Shown here: in pieces, positions 18,705-28,485 of the stretch | How the letters are laid out: every line of letters starts with the position of its first letter | How positions within the stretch are numbered: the stretch's first letter is position 1 | NCBI GenBank assembly: GCA_020635495.1 | Contig: JACJZQ010000004.1 | Location: 121,021 to 185,020 of the forward strand | DNA: 64,000 nt | Direction of reading: 5' to 3' | DNA from: Flavobacteriales bacterium | GTDB taxonomy: Bacteria; Bacteroidota; Bacteroidia; UBA10329 | Notes under the pieces: generated by a model | Database searches by the model: none | Told to the model about the DNA's origin: nothing | What the model saw: only the letters and a program-made list of their open reading frames with translations | Made by a program: the position numbers and the translations under genes

Positions 18705-19634
18705 TCATTTCAGCCAAAGAATCGTCTCAAAAATCCAAGCTGGATGTTTGGGTGGAATGAGCGAAGTGTCGAATTCTGTCTTCTCGATAAGTTCCTTGAA
18801 CGATTTACTCAATTCCTTAGAAGGCTGATTGTCTTTGATGCTGAAAATGGATGCGTTTCTTACTTCGAAATGACCATCAGATTCTAGTTTAATGGTCAAT
18901 TCTGCGCGGAGGTTTGCTTCTTCTGGAATAGCCGATTGCTTACCCAACCCTTTTGAGACAAGTTCCACAACCGATACTTCTTTCCTAGTTGCAGGAAATC
19001 CTTCATGGAAAAACGCATCGCCATCCATGTAATTCCTCAACGGAGGATTGGGGATGGAGTAGTAGTTCTGAAGAAAGTGATTGGCGCCATTTCCTGTGAA
19101 TATGTGGAACATGGCATTCATATCGAACACCGCCAACTTCGGATTGTCGAACGCCAGGAATAGTTTGTCATCTGTGATATAGAACGGGTTTTCTGCCATC
19201 AGGTGGTACAGACTATCTTTTCTGAGCCAACCATTTTCTGGCAGTCGGTCTCTGGCAATAGCCGACTTGAGCTCGTAATTAACCAATCGGTCCAAACGTG
19301 CACTGTCAAATATTTTCCCTTCTCTGAACATGGTCAGAACGCACTGATCCAACGCCTCTTTGTCCTTTTCAGAAACAAGGTGTGCAACCGTGTTGCCATC
19401 GTTGCTAAGCGCCACCCAACCATTCAGAAACTGGTCTATCTGATACACAGTATCAAAATGCCCGTCATGTTTACTGAGTACATAAGTTACTCCCTCCGTG
19501 TTATCGAGGTCGTGGTTGAACGTAAACGACAATAGCTTGAACGTGCCATCCTCATTGACCAATTCGTATGACACACTTTTGTGCTGAGCAAAACTCAGTA
19601 AAGGAAACAGGATGAGTACAAGAACAAGTCGCAT
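18705..19634 (-). CDS. Secreted hypothetical protein (309 aa)
   Basis: Signal peptide MRLVLVLILFPLLSFAQ and no motif I recognise. Its stop codon directly abuts the stop of the convergent MFS gene. Confidence 0.5.
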   Translation of the reverse strand: MRLVLVLILFPLLSFAQHKSVSYELVNEDGTFKLLSFTFNHDLDNTEGVTYVLSKHDGHFDTVYQIDQFLNGWVALSNDGNTVAHLVSEKDKEALDQCVLTMFREGKIFDSARLDRLVNYELKSAIARDRLPENGWLRKDSLYHLMAENPFYITDDKLFLAFDNPKLAVFDMNAMFHIFTGNGANHFLQNYYSIPNPPLRNYMDGDAFFHEGFPATRKEVSVVELVSKGLGKQSAIPEEANLRAELTIKLESDGHFEVRNASIFSIKDNQPSKELSKSFKELIEKTEFDTSLIPPKHPAWIFETILWLK

Positions 19635-19672
19635 CGGATTGTATTTGAACTCAATTAAGCAATAATTATTCC

Positions 19673-20851
19673 TTAGGTGAAAGCATTGAAGCCAGTAACG
19701 TCCATTCCTGTAATTAGCAGATGAATGTCGTGCGTTCCTTCATAAGTCACAACGCTTTCCAAGTTCATCATGTGGCGCATGATCGGGTATTCGCCCGTAA
19801 TTCCCATTCCGCCCAACATTTGGCGTGCTTCACGAGCTGTTCTTAAAGCAATTTCAACGTTGTTTCTTTTTGCCATGGAAATTTGCTGCGGAGATGCTCG
19901 ATGCTCGTTTTTCAGAACGCCCAATCTCCAAACCAAAAGTTGTGCTTTGGTGATCTCTGTGATCATCTCGGCCAACTTCTTCTGCTGTAGTTGGAAACCA
20001 CCTATCGGTCTGCCGAATTGGATTCTTTCTTTCGAATATCGAAGAGCCGTATCGTAGCAATCGAGCGCAGCGCCCAAAGCACCCCACGCAATTCCATAGC
20101 GTGCTGAGTTCAGGCAGCTCAATGGGCCTTTCAATCCACGTATTTCAGGGAACACGTTCTCTTTCGGAACCTTCACATTATCGAATACCAACTCTCCGGT
20201 GGCCGAAGCTCTCAAACTCCATTTGTCATGTGTTGTTGGAGTTGAAAACCCTTCCATTCCGCGCTCTACAACCAATCCACGGATGGTTCCTTCTTCGTCC
20301 TTGGCCCAAACCACGGCAATGTCTGCAAATGGTGCGTTGCTGATCCACATTTTAGCACCATTCAGAATAACATGGTCGCCAGCATCTTTAAAGTTGGTAA
20401 CCATTCCGCCAGGGTTGGAACCGTGGTCAGGCTCGGTCAATCCGAAGCAGCCCAACAATTCGCCTGTGGCCAATTTGGGTAGCCACTTCTGCTTCTGAGA
20501 TTCGGTGGCATAACTCCAGATCGGGAACATCACCAACGAGCTTTGAACAGAGGCCGTACTCCTCAATCCGCTATCGCAACGCTCCAGTTCCTGCATGATG
20601 ATTCCGTAGCTGATCTGATCCAAACCTGGACCACCGTACTCCGCTGGAATGTACGGCCCGAAAGCACCGATCTCTCCCAAACCAGGCAACAGGTGCCTTG
20701 GGAATTCTGCTTTCTGCGCATACTCTTCGATGATGGGAGAAACATTCTGCTTAACCCATGTTCTAACGGTTTCTCGAATGAGCTTGTGCTCATCGGTCAG
20801 AAGTTCGTCAATCAAATAATAATCGTGTCCTTGGTATCTATCGTCTGCCAT
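19673..20851 (-). CDS. Acyl-CoA dehydrogenase (glutaryl-CoA dehydrogenase-like)
   Basis: 392 aa with the ACAD pattern GLTEPDHGSNPGGM and the C-terminal YEGTHDIHLL. Confidence 0.85.
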   Translation of the reverse strand: MADDRYQGHDYYLIDELLTDEHKLIRETVRTWVKQNVSPIIEEYAQKAEFPRHLLPGLGEIGAFGPYIPAEYGGPGLDQISYGIIMQELERCDSGLRSTASVQSSLVMFPIWSYATESQKQKWLPKLATGELLGCFGLTEPDHGSNPGGMVTNFKDAGDHVILNGAKMWISNAPFADIAVVWAKDEEGTIRGLVVERGMEGFSTPTTHDKWSLRASATGELVFDNVKVPKENVFPEIRGLKGPLSCLNSARYGIAWGALGAALDCYDTALRYSKERIQFGRPIGGFQLQQKKLAEMITEITKAQLLVWRLGVLKNEHRASPQQISMAKRNNVEIALRTAREARQMLGGMGITGEYPIMRHMMNLESVVTYEGTHDIHLLITGMDVTGFNAFT

Positions 20852-21034
20852 GTTTATCTAATTGGGTTGCCAAAAGTAGAAAAAGAGCATAGTGGAATTT
20901 GTCTTTTACAGGCAACCATTCGGTTGAATTTCTGTTTGAAGCTTAAACCTTTTGTGGAATTGTCCGTAAGCCGCGGTTTACTTGGAACATTCTACACCTA
21001 TTTTGAACTCGTAAATCTTAAAACCAACAAACGC

Positions 21035-21862
21035 ATGAAGAAGAAGTTTACCCTTGTTTTGTCTGCTCTTTTAATGGCAGGACTTGTTTACGATTACAAC
21101 TACCGAATGGTGCATTCCAATAGTTCTGGAGCTCCGGCAGGACACACCGGTTCTCCAAGTGATGGACAGACATGCGCCAGAGTAGGCTGCCATGCAGGTG
21201 GACCAAGTCAGTCTAACGAAACGGTTGAATTGACATCGAATATACCAGTGGACGGGTATGTAGGTGGAACAACTTACGACATGACCCTTACCATGACCAA
21301 GACAGGAGGAGTGAAGTTCGGATTTCAACTTGCAGCGCAGAATACTCAAGGAAACGCCTTGGGGACTATAGTTGCCGGCACCGGTTCTCAGACTGTGGGC
21401 AACGGCTATCTGACACATTCATTCAACGGTACATCTGTATCTGGTGGCACAAAGTCTTGGAATTTTCAATGGACTGCCCCAACTTCTGGAACGGGCACGG
21501 TGACTGTTTATGTTGCGGGAAACTTCACCAATAACAACGGCTCTACCAATGGTGATGTAATTGTTCCTTCATCCTTTACAATCTCTGAGGCTTCAGGTGT
21601 CGGTATCAGCGAAGCTGAGTTGGCTGCATTGAGCGTTTATCCAAACCCGGTTATTGATGAGATAAACATTGCAGCAAAAGATGTTGACGAAGAGATCATG
21701 GTAACGCTTTACAACATGGAAGGCAAGAAAGTGATCGAGCAATCTTTTGAGCCTGGAGACATAACCATTGATGTTGCTTCAAAAAGTTTGAACACTGGAA
21801 TCTACTTCTTGACAATGGAATCTGGTGGAAACACCACCACCAAAAAATTGTTGATCAAGTAA
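21035..21862 (+). CDS. Secreted protein with an N-terminal GHTGSP...CARVGCH motif and a T9SS type-A CTD
   Basis: The ATG at 21035 gives MKKKFTLVLSALLMAGL. The CTD is LSVYPNPVIDEINI ... GIYFLTMESGGNTTTKKLLIK. The ORF-track extension back to 20543 is antisense to the ACAD gene. Confidence 0.7.
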   Translation: MKKKFTLVLSALLMAGLVYDYNYRMVHSNSSGAPAGHTGSPSDGQTCARVGCHAGGPSQSNETVELTSNIPVDGYVGGTTYDMTLTMTKTGGVKFGFQLAAQNTQGNALGTIVAGTGSQTVGNGYLTHSFNGTSVSGGTKSWNFQWTAPTSGTGTVTVYVAGNFTNNNGSTNGDVIVPSSFTISEASGVGISEAELAALSVYPNPVIDEINIAAKDVDEEIMVTLYNMEGKKVIEQSFEPGDITIDVASKSLNTGIYFLTMESGGNTTTKKLLIK

Positions 21863-21880
21863 TCCTTGAAAGCTTAAACA

Positions 21881-21913
21881 AAAAAGGTGCCTATTGGCAC
21901 CTTTTTTGTTTTT
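21881..21913 (+). terminator. Rho-independent terminator
   Basis: AAAAAGGTGCC-TATT-GGCACCTTTTT followed by a T-rich tail. Confidence 0.85.
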
Positions 21914-22069
21914 GCCAGGTGCGCTTTCGTTTCGATTGTTCAACGAGAGTTATATTCGGCCTCATAAGTTCTGTCCACGTTTAATCTGACTTTTACAAAG
22001 TTGCTTTTTGCACCATTGGCATTTGGATTGTTACTAAGGAGTTCCACCATGTTCAGGAATGCTGATAGA

Positions 22070-22645
22070 ATGAATTTGATGGTTGGATCTGGCCGAATCC
22101 GAATACTACTCATTGCCTTGCTGATCTCTGGAGGTGATTCGCTCCTGGCTCAGGAAATCTATAAAGCAGACTCTAGCGAAATACGTTTCTTTTCGTCTAC
22201 ACCTATAGAAAACATTGAGGCCACCAATTCAACTTCAACTTCTTTGTTGAACCTTGCTAGAAATGAGGTCAGTTTTCGGGTTCCAATCTCTGGTTTTGTG
22301 TTCGATAAATCGTTGATGCAAGAACACTTCAACGAGAATTACATGGAGGCCGAAAAATTTCCCTACGCAACTTTCAAAGGAAAATTGAGTGATACGTTAG
22401 ACTTATGCAAAGACACCGTTTATCATATTTCCGCCACGGGCCTGATGAACATTCATGGTGTGGATCAGGCCAATACGTACAATGGCATCATTCAATCAAA
22501 TGATGGAAAGGCAACGCTTACCTGTGAGTTTAAGGTGGCTTTGGCAGACCACAACATTAAAGTGCCCAGCGTTGTGTTTGCCAACATTGCCAAGGAAATA
22601 GAGGTAAAAGCCACGTTCTACTACGTTCCTTTCGAACACGAATAA
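22070..22645 (+). CDS. YceI-family periplasmic protein
   Basis: SEIRFFSSTPIENIEATN ... EKFPYATFKGKL is the YceI-like lipid/polyisoprenoid-binding domain pattern. The start is ambiguous (TTG 22001, ATG 22049 or ATG 22070). Confidence 0.65.
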   Translation: MNLMVGSGRIRILLIALLISGGDSLLAQEIYKADSSEIRFFSSTPIENIEATNSTSTSLLNLARNEVSFRVPISGFVFDKSLMQEHFNENYMEAEKFPYATFKGKLSDTLDLCKDTVYHISATGLMNIHGVDQANTYNGIIQSNDGKATLTCEFKVALADHNIKVPSVVFANIAKEIEVKATFYYVPFEHE

Positions 22646-22668
22646 ACAAACTTCGAACAGGCCGTTGA

Positions 22669-24063
22669 TCAGCTCAACTCAGCCAAATTCTTGTAGAAGA
22701 ACGGAATGGTCTGAATACCTTTCAAGTAGTTGAAGATTCCGTAATGCTCATTGGGAGAGTGGATGGCATCAGTGTCCAGCCCAAAGCCCATAAGCACAGA
22801 TTTCAATCCAAGCTCCTGCTCAAACATGGCCACAATGGGAATACTTCCTCCACCGCGCATCGGTATCGGTGCTTTTCCGAAAGTGGTTTCCATGGCCTTG
22901 TGTGCAGCCTGATAACCGGTAAAATCAGTTGGTGTCAGGTAGGGTAGACCTCCATGATGCGGCCTCACCTTCACCTTTACCGAAGGAGGCGCAATGGCCA
23001 CCAAATGATTCTGCACCAAGTTGGTTATTCTGTCAGGGTCTTGCCCAGGTACCAGTCTGCAAGAAAGTTTAGCGTATGCTTTTGAGGGCAGGACCGTTTT
23101 AGCTCCTTCACCTGTATAGCCTCCCCAAATTCCGTTCACATCAAGCGTTGGTCTGATGGTGGCTCTTTCCAAGGTGGAATAACCAGCCTCTCCGTGAGTT
23201 GCGTTGATGTCAAGATCGGCCTTGTATTCTTCTTCACTGAATGGCGCTTTGGCCATCTCTGCGCGGTCTTCTGCGCTCACCTCATTCGCATCATTGTAGA
23301 ACCCCGGAATGTTGATCCGCTTGTTCTCGTCATGCAACGAAGCAATCATATCGCATAGGATGTTGATCGGATTGCCAACTGCACCACCGTAAAGACCTGA
23401 ATGCAGATCGCGTTTCGGTCCGGTAACTTCAATCTCCAAGTAACTCAGGCCTCTTAGACCTACGGTGATCGATGGAATATCATTGGCGATCATTCCCGTG
23501 TCAGATATCAGAACTAGGTCTGCTTTAAGCCGTTCCTTGTTTGCTTTTACAAACACTTCAAGATTGTCTGAGCCAACTTCCTCTTCGCCCTCGATCATGA
23601 ATTTGACATTGCACGGAAGGCCAGAAGTTTGCAGCATCAACTCCACCGCTTTTACGTGCATGTACATCTGCCCTTTGTCATCGCATGCACCGCGTGCATA
23701 GATCTTTTCATCCTTGATAACGGGCTCAAACGGAGGTGAATCCCACAGGTCCAGCGGGTCTGGCGGTTGAACATCATAATGACCATAAACCAGAACGGTG
23801 GGCAAAGATGGGTCAACGATTTTCTCCCCGTAAACGATAGGGTAGCCGGCCGTTTGGCACACTTCCACGTTTTCTATTCCAATTTCCTCCAATCGCCCCT
23901 TCAGCAACTCGGCTGTTCTGAACACGTCTTTACTGAACGCAGGGTCGGCACTGATGGAAGGAACCTTCAAAAGGTCTATCAATTCATCAAGAAACCGGTC
24001 TTTGTTAGCGTTTATGTATTTGTCAACTGTCTGTAAATCCATCTTGCGTTTTAACACGGCCAA
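22669..24063 (-). CDS. M20-family dipeptidase
   Basis: 464 aa with YGHYDVQPPDP, the metal-ligand context GACDDKGQ and EGEEEVGS. Confidence 0.85.
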   Translation of the reverse strand: MAVLKRKMDLQTVDKYINANKDRFLDELIDLLKVPSISADPAFSKDVFRTAELLKGRLEEIGIENVEVCQTAGYPIVYGEKIVDPSLPTVLVYGHYDVQPPDPLDLWDSPPFEPVIKDEKIYARGACDDKGQMYMHVKAVELMLQTSGLPCNVKFMIEGEEEVGSDNLEVFVKANKERLKADLVLISDTGMIANDIPSITVGLRGLSYLEIEVTGPKRDLHSGLYGGAVGNPINILCDMIASLHDENKRINIPGFYNDANEVSAEDRAEMAKAPFSEEEYKADLDINATHGEAGYSTLERATIRPTLDVNGIWGGYTGEGAKTVLPSKAYAKLSCRLVPGQDPDRITNLVQNHLVAIAPPSVKVKVRPHHGGLPYLTPTDFTGYQAAHKAMETTFGKAPIPMRGGGSIPIVAMFEQELGLKSVLMGFGLDTDAIHSPNEHYGIFNYLKGIQTIPFFYKNLAELS

Positions 24064-24130
24064 ATTTAGTTTTTAATGGATGCGAAACATATGCGCCAGA
24101 AATGAGTTCAAAGCAAGGTAAGACTCTGGC

Positions 24131-24138
24131 TATCTTTG
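24131..24138 (+). promoter_or_regulatory. Candidate -7 box TATCTTTG upstream of the first type-B cargo gene
   Basis: Perfect TAnnTTTG, 14 nt before the ATG at 24153. Confidence 0.35.
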
Positions 24139-24152
24139 TGCTTCGGTTTAGA

Positions 24153-26240
24153 ATGACACGAATTCTCTCATGCGTTTTGATGTTGTTGCTGCTCACTGAA
24201 GGAGTAAGAGCGCAGTTGGTGGTAGATCAGAGCTACACGCCACAACAGTTGATTGAAGATGTTCTTACCGGACAAGGCGTTGAGGTAAGCAACTTTCAGT
24301 TTTCTGGAAACGCACAGGCCCGAGGTTATTTCAATGGCGCCAATTCCAACATCGGACTTTCTGAAGGGGTTATAATTTCCACAGGGAAAGTTTCGGATGC
24401 ACCGGGGCCAAACGGAACACCTGCCAGCGATGACGGAACAGAATTCATCGGCCCAGGAGACCCGGTTCTATCAGGACTTTCGGGTTTGGTGACCAATGAT
24501 GCGGCTGTTCTGGAGTTTGATTTCGTGCCTATTTCAGACACTGTTCAGTTCAGATACGTGTTTGCATCCAACGAGTACAAGAATTTTGTGGGTGCCAGTT
24601 ACAATGATGTCTTCGCCTTTTTGATAAGCGGACCTGGAATTACAGGAGAACAGAATGTAGCACTGATTCCTGGAACCACCACGCCAGTAGCAATCAATAA
24701 TGTGAATCATAATGACAACTCGCAGTACTTTATCGATAATGAAGACCCTCCTGGTTTAACCGTGGAATACAACGGATTTACAACGGTATTCACTGCATTG
24801 GCTGTGCTAGAGCCTTGCCTGAGTTACCACATCCGTTTGGCCATTGCCGATGGAGGTGACTATAAGTTCGATTCTGCCGTGTTCTTGGAAGCAAGAAGCT
24901 TTTCCAGCCCCAGCATTACCATCAATGCAGAAAGTTCTTATTCCTCAAGTCCAGATCCGAATGTGCAGCAATATGTGGAAGGTTGCAGTAGTGTAACGCT
25001 CAGTTTCGAAAGGTCTGAACCATTGACCAACTCATTATCAGTGAACTTGCAGCTTTCGGGATCTGCTACCAACGGAATTGACATAACCAACATTCCAACA
25101 TTCATCAGTTTTGCTCCAGGTCAGGCTGTGGCCACCATTACGTTTCAGGTTTTGGACGATGGCCAGATAGAAGGTCAGGAAAACATGACCATAACGCTGG
25201 AAGATCAAACACCTTGTCCTACAAGTCCGCCTCCTTCCATCACATTCACGATTGATGATGCTGAACCCATGACCTTGCAGATAACGCCCGATGAAAGTTT
25301 GACCTGCCCAGAAGAGCGCGTCATTCTAGTAACCGCGATTGGTGGCTATCCACCTTACACATACGATTGGAGCGGTTCTACCGAAACAACTGCAGACATC
25401 ACGGTTTTTCCGTTCAACACAACCACATACGAAGTTGAGGTAACTGATGCCTGTGGGTTTTCAGAAACAGCAGAGTCAACGATCAGTTTACTAACGTATC
25501 AAGTAATGGATGTCACGGTAGAAAACGTAACGGTTTGTGAAGGCGAGGAAGTGACGCTAGAGGCAACCGTCATCGGAGGTAGGCAGCCATTAACGTATCA
25601 ATGGCCAGACGGCAGCAATGCCCTCACGTACACCTACGCGCCAACAGAAGATGAAACCATCACATTCCAAGTAACGGACGATTGTAACATCACGGAATCT
25701 GAGGATGCTTTGGTAGACGTGGTAACGGTGGAGGCCAGTTTTACTTATCAACTCATTGCGCATGCCACGGTTCAGTTTACATCTACAACCGATGATGTTT
25801 ACACCTTCTTGTGGGAGTTTGGAGATGATTCAATCGGTGTAAGACGAAACCCGGTGCATGAATACATGGAGGCTGGAGATTATCCTGTTTCCATGTACGT
25901 GAGGAATCAGGATGGTTGCGAGACAACGGTTTATGATACGGTAACAGTTTACGACCCGCTGCATGTTTACATTCCAAATGCGTTTACACCTAACGGAGAC
26001 AGCCTGAACGATTGGTTCGGGGTTGTTGGAGAAGGTTATCTTTATTACGATATGGCCATTTACGACAGATGGGGACAGATTCTAATGGAGGGTAGATTTG
26101 AGGATGCCAATGCGTGGGACGGGACATTCAAGGAAAAACTGGTTCCGTCAGATTATTACGTGTATCGTGTTTGGGTGCAGCCTCCCATTGGAATTGAAGT
26201 GAAAGAAGTAGGAATCGTAAATGTGTTGCCTGACCAATGA
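24153..26240 (+). CDS. Large secreted adhesin-like protein with a T9SS type-B (gliding motility-associated C-terminal, CHU_C) sorting domain
   Basis: Signal peptide MTRILSCVLMLLLLTEGVRAQ. The N-terminal domain resembles choice-of-anchor L (DAAVLEFDFVP ... FRYVFASNEY ... NDVFAFLISG ... IADGGDYKFDSAVFLE). It is followed by a Calx-beta-like segment, SprB-type repeats (GGYPPYTYDW) and a PKD domain. C-terminus: YIPNAFTPNGDSLNDWF ... IYDRWGQ ... YYVYRV. Confidence 0.8.
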   Translation: MTRILSCVLMLLLLTEGVRAQLVVDQSYTPQQLIEDVLTGQGVEVSNFQFSGNAQARGYFNGANSNIGLSEGVIISTGKVSDAPGPNGTPASDDGTEFIGPGDPVLSGLSGLVTNDAAVLEFDFVPISDTVQFRYVFASNEYKNFVGASYNDVFAFLISGPGITGEQNVALIPGTTTPVAINNVNHNDNSQYFIDNEDPPGLTVEYNGFTTVFTALAVLEPCLSYHIRLAIADGGDYKFDSAVFLEARSFSSPSITINAESSYSSSPDPNVQQYVEGCSSVTLSFERSEPLTNSLSVNLQLSGSATNGIDITNIPTFISFAPGQAVATITFQVLDDGQIEGQENMTITLEDQTPCPTSPPPSITFTIDDAEPMTLQITPDESLTCPEERVILVTAIGGYPPYTYDWSGSTETTADITVFPFNTTTYEVEVTDACGFSETAESTISLLTYQVMDVTVENVTVCEGEEVTLEATVIGGRQPLTYQWPDGSNALTYTYAPTEDETITFQVTDDCNITESEDALVDVVTVEASFTYQLIAHATVQFTSTTDDVYTFLWEFGDDSIGVRRNPVHEYMEAGDYPVSMYVRNQDGCETTVYDTVTVYDPLHVYIPNAFTPNGDSLNDWFGVVGEGYLYYDMAIYDRWGQILMEGRFEDANAWDGTFKEKLVPSDYYVYRVWVQPPIGIEVKEVGIVNVLPDQ

Positions 26241-26249
26241 AAGTAGTCA

Positions 26250-28418
26250 ATGCCAAGACTTCTACTTACGTTATTCTGGGTACTGATAAGCTGCCAATCA
26301 TTTGCGGCCCATCTTGTTGGTGGTGAGATTTTCTATGAGTGTCTTGGCGGTGATCAGTATCGTATTACACTGAAGATTTACCGCGACTGCTACACCGTTA
26401 CCGGGGCAGACTTTGACAATCCGGCTAACATTGCCATTTACGATAGCGATGGTGATCTGATTGAAAACCTTCAAGCGCCATTCACAGGTTCGCAACAACT
26501 TCCCGTAATTATCAATAATCCATGTTTGCAGGCTCCGCCCGATGTCTGTGTAGAGGAAGCCATCTATACGGTAACTACTTCATTGCCTTTTCTTGCCGGA
26601 GGTTATCATATCGCTTACCAGCGGTGTTGCCGAAACCCGACAATTGTCAATCTCATAAACCCTGATGATCTGGGTTCTACCTACTACGTTCATGTGCCCG
26701 AAGAGGCGCTCAATACCTGCAACTCAAGCCCTTATTACAATGAGTTTCCGCCATTGGCGCTATGCATTGGAGACCAACTGAGTTTTGACCATTCTGCAAC
26801 GGATGCCGATGGTGACCAACTGGTCTATTCGTTATGCACCCCTTACCATGGCGGAGATGATATAAATCCAATGCCGGTCCCAGCTTTGGGCCCACCGTAT
26901 TCATCCATAATCTGGAGTGGTGGATATGGAAGCGGCTATCCGCTGGATGCTTCCCCGCAACTGTCTATAGACCCAACTACAGGATTATTGACAGGTGTTC
27001 CAACCCAATCTGGCCAGTATGTTGTAGGAGTTTGCGTGGAAGAATATCGAAACGGACAGTTGATCAGTTCCAACACCCGCGATTTTCAGTTCAACGTGGT
27101 GAACTGTTCATCAAACATTGCGGCCGTAATTCCTCCACAACCAACCTTCCACGACCCGTGCGATGGTTTGGAAGTTGATTTCGGAAATCAAAGTATCAAC
27201 GCTCAATATTATCACTGGGATTTTGGTGTGGTCAGCCTGATAGATGATACTTCCAATATCGAAGACCCGATTTACACCTACCCAGATACTGGTAGTTACG
27301 AGGTTACTTTGGTAGCCAATCCGGGTTTTCCGTGTGCGGATACAACGGTTGATGTGATTCAAGTTTACAATGACGTATCGGTTGAGATTCTATTGGATGG
27401 CGACCAATGTTTCGATTCAAATTCCATCGACTTTCAACCTGTAGGAGATTTTGGTTCTGGGGCAACTTTCTTCTGGGAATTCGAAAGTGCCAACATTCAA
27501 ACCTCAACAGACATGTCGCCACAGAACGTTGTTTTTGACACCATTGGAGTATTCGAAGTTTCGGTTGCTGTAACGGAGGCAATTTGCTCCGATCAAACAA
27601 CCACCACGATTCAGATGTATTCCAGACCTGAAGCATTTTTTGTGGGCGAATCATTTGACGGATGTGCACCTCTTGGTGTGTTGTTCTCAGACAGTTCTTA
27701 TGCCGCAACCCCACACCAAAGCCTGTGGCAATTCAGTGATGGAACTGTACTTGAAGGAGAGCGCGTGTTTCATGCATTTTTGGAAGAAGGAACATATGAT
27801 GTTCAACTAACTGTTTGGACTGAGACCGGCTGCGTTGACACGTCAACATATTTCCTTGCCGATGCCATAACTGTTTGGCCAGTGCCTTCTGCAGAACTTA
27901 CTGTAGACCCGGATACCCAGTTCATTTTCAATCCGGTTTTCGAGTTTGAAGGAGCAAGTAACGCCATTGACTGCTCTCTTTACCCGGGAGACGGAATTGA
28001 ATTAACGGATCAGATGCCTAACTGCACGTTCGAGCACTTTTATACCGACACGGGAAACTTTGAAGCCATCATGTTTTTTACTGATGTCAATGGGTGCATC
28101 TCTTCAGACACTGTAATGGTTCGGGTAGAGCCGGAGGTACGTTTTTGGGTGCCAAATGCCTTCACTCCCAACGATGATAGGATTAATGATACGTGGGGAC
28201 CTAAAGCATTCGGATTCAGCGAATACGAGATATGGGTTTACGATAGATGGGGCAAATTGATGTTCCATTCTGAGGACCCGTTTGAGAAATGGAACGGCCG
28301 ATTGGATAACCAAAGCAACCATGAACCCGTGTTGGGCGTCTATTCATATCGAATACTGGCGCGTTCTGTTAAGAACACCGTAATTAAAGAATCCGGACAC
28401 GTAACTATTTTGAGATAA
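26250..28418 (+). CDS. Large secreted protein with a Cys-rich N-terminal domain, PKD-like repeats and a T9SS type-B CTD
   Basis: Signal peptide MPRLLLTLFWVLISCQSFAA. The N-terminal domain is HLVGGEIFYEC ... YRDC ... YQRCCRN, with a putative Ig (DADGDQLVYSL ... DPTTGLLTGVP) segment. C-terminus: WVPNAFTPNDDRINDTW ... VYDRWGKL ... YSYRILA. Sits 9 nt after the previous gene. Confidence 0.8.
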   Translation: MPRLLLTLFWVLISCQSFAAHLVGGEIFYECLGGDQYRITLKIYRDCYTVTGADFDNPANIAIYDSDGDLIENLQAPFTGSQQLPVIINNPCLQAPPDVCVEEAIYTVTTSLPFLAGGYHIAYQRCCRNPTIVNLINPDDLGSTYYVHVPEEALNTCNSSPYYNEFPPLALCIGDQLSFDHSATDADGDQLVYSLCTPYHGGDDINPMPVPALGPPYSSIIWSGGYGSGYPLDASPQLSIDPTTGLLTGVPTQSGQYVVGVCVEEYRNGQLISSNTRDFQFNVVNCSSNIAAVIPPQPTFHDPCDGLEVDFGNQSINAQYYHWDFGVVSLIDDTSNIEDPIYTYPDTGSYEVTLVANPGFPCADTTVDVIQVYNDVSVEILLDGDQCFDSNSIDFQPVGDFGSGATFFWEFESANIQTSTDMSPQNVVFDTIGVFEVSVAVTEAICSDQTTTTIQMYSRPEAFFVGESFDGCAPLGVLFSDSSYAATPHQSLWQFSDGTVLEGERVFHAFLEEGTYDVQLTVWTETGCVDTSTYFLADAITVWPVPSAELTVDPDTQFIFNPVFEFEGASNAIDCSLYPGDGIELTDQMPNCTFEHFYTDTGNFEAIMFFTDVNGCISSDTVMVRVEPEVRFWVPNAFTPNDDRINDTWGPKAFGFSEYEIWVYDRWGKLMFHSEDPFEKWNGRLDNQSNHEPVLGVYSYRILARSVKNTVIKESGHVTILR

Positions 28419-28458
28419 CCCACCCATAATACTATCTTAAAGCATCCTTTTTAAGTAG

Positions 28459-28466
28459 TATTTTTG
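28459..28466 (+). promoter_or_regulatory. Candidate -7 box TATTTTTG upstream of the third type-B cargo gene
   Basis: Perfect TAnnTTTG followed by CAGCCC, the same 11-mer TTTGCAGCCC as the tRNA-Phe candidate promoter. It lies 19 nt before the GTG at 28486. Confidence 0.4.
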
Positions 28467-28485
28467 CAGCCCCTAAGACCGAACA

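Noticed and set aside
20543-21034. The N-terminal 164-codon extension of the ORF-track entry 20543..21862.
   Set aside because: The extension is antisense to the acyl-CoA dehydrogenase gene and crosses the intergenic region. A canonical signal peptide begins at the ATG at 21035, so only 21035..21862 is called.
24127-24142. A sigma-54-like element TGGCTATCTTTGTGCT with correct GG-N10-GC spacing upstream of the first adhesin gene.
   Set aside because: Only about 9 of 12 consensus positions match. It overlaps a perfect sigma-A-type TAnnTTTG box (24131-24138). A sigma-54 start site would also fall on the ATG itself. The TGGCAC at 21895-21900 is just the 3' arm of a terminator hairpin.
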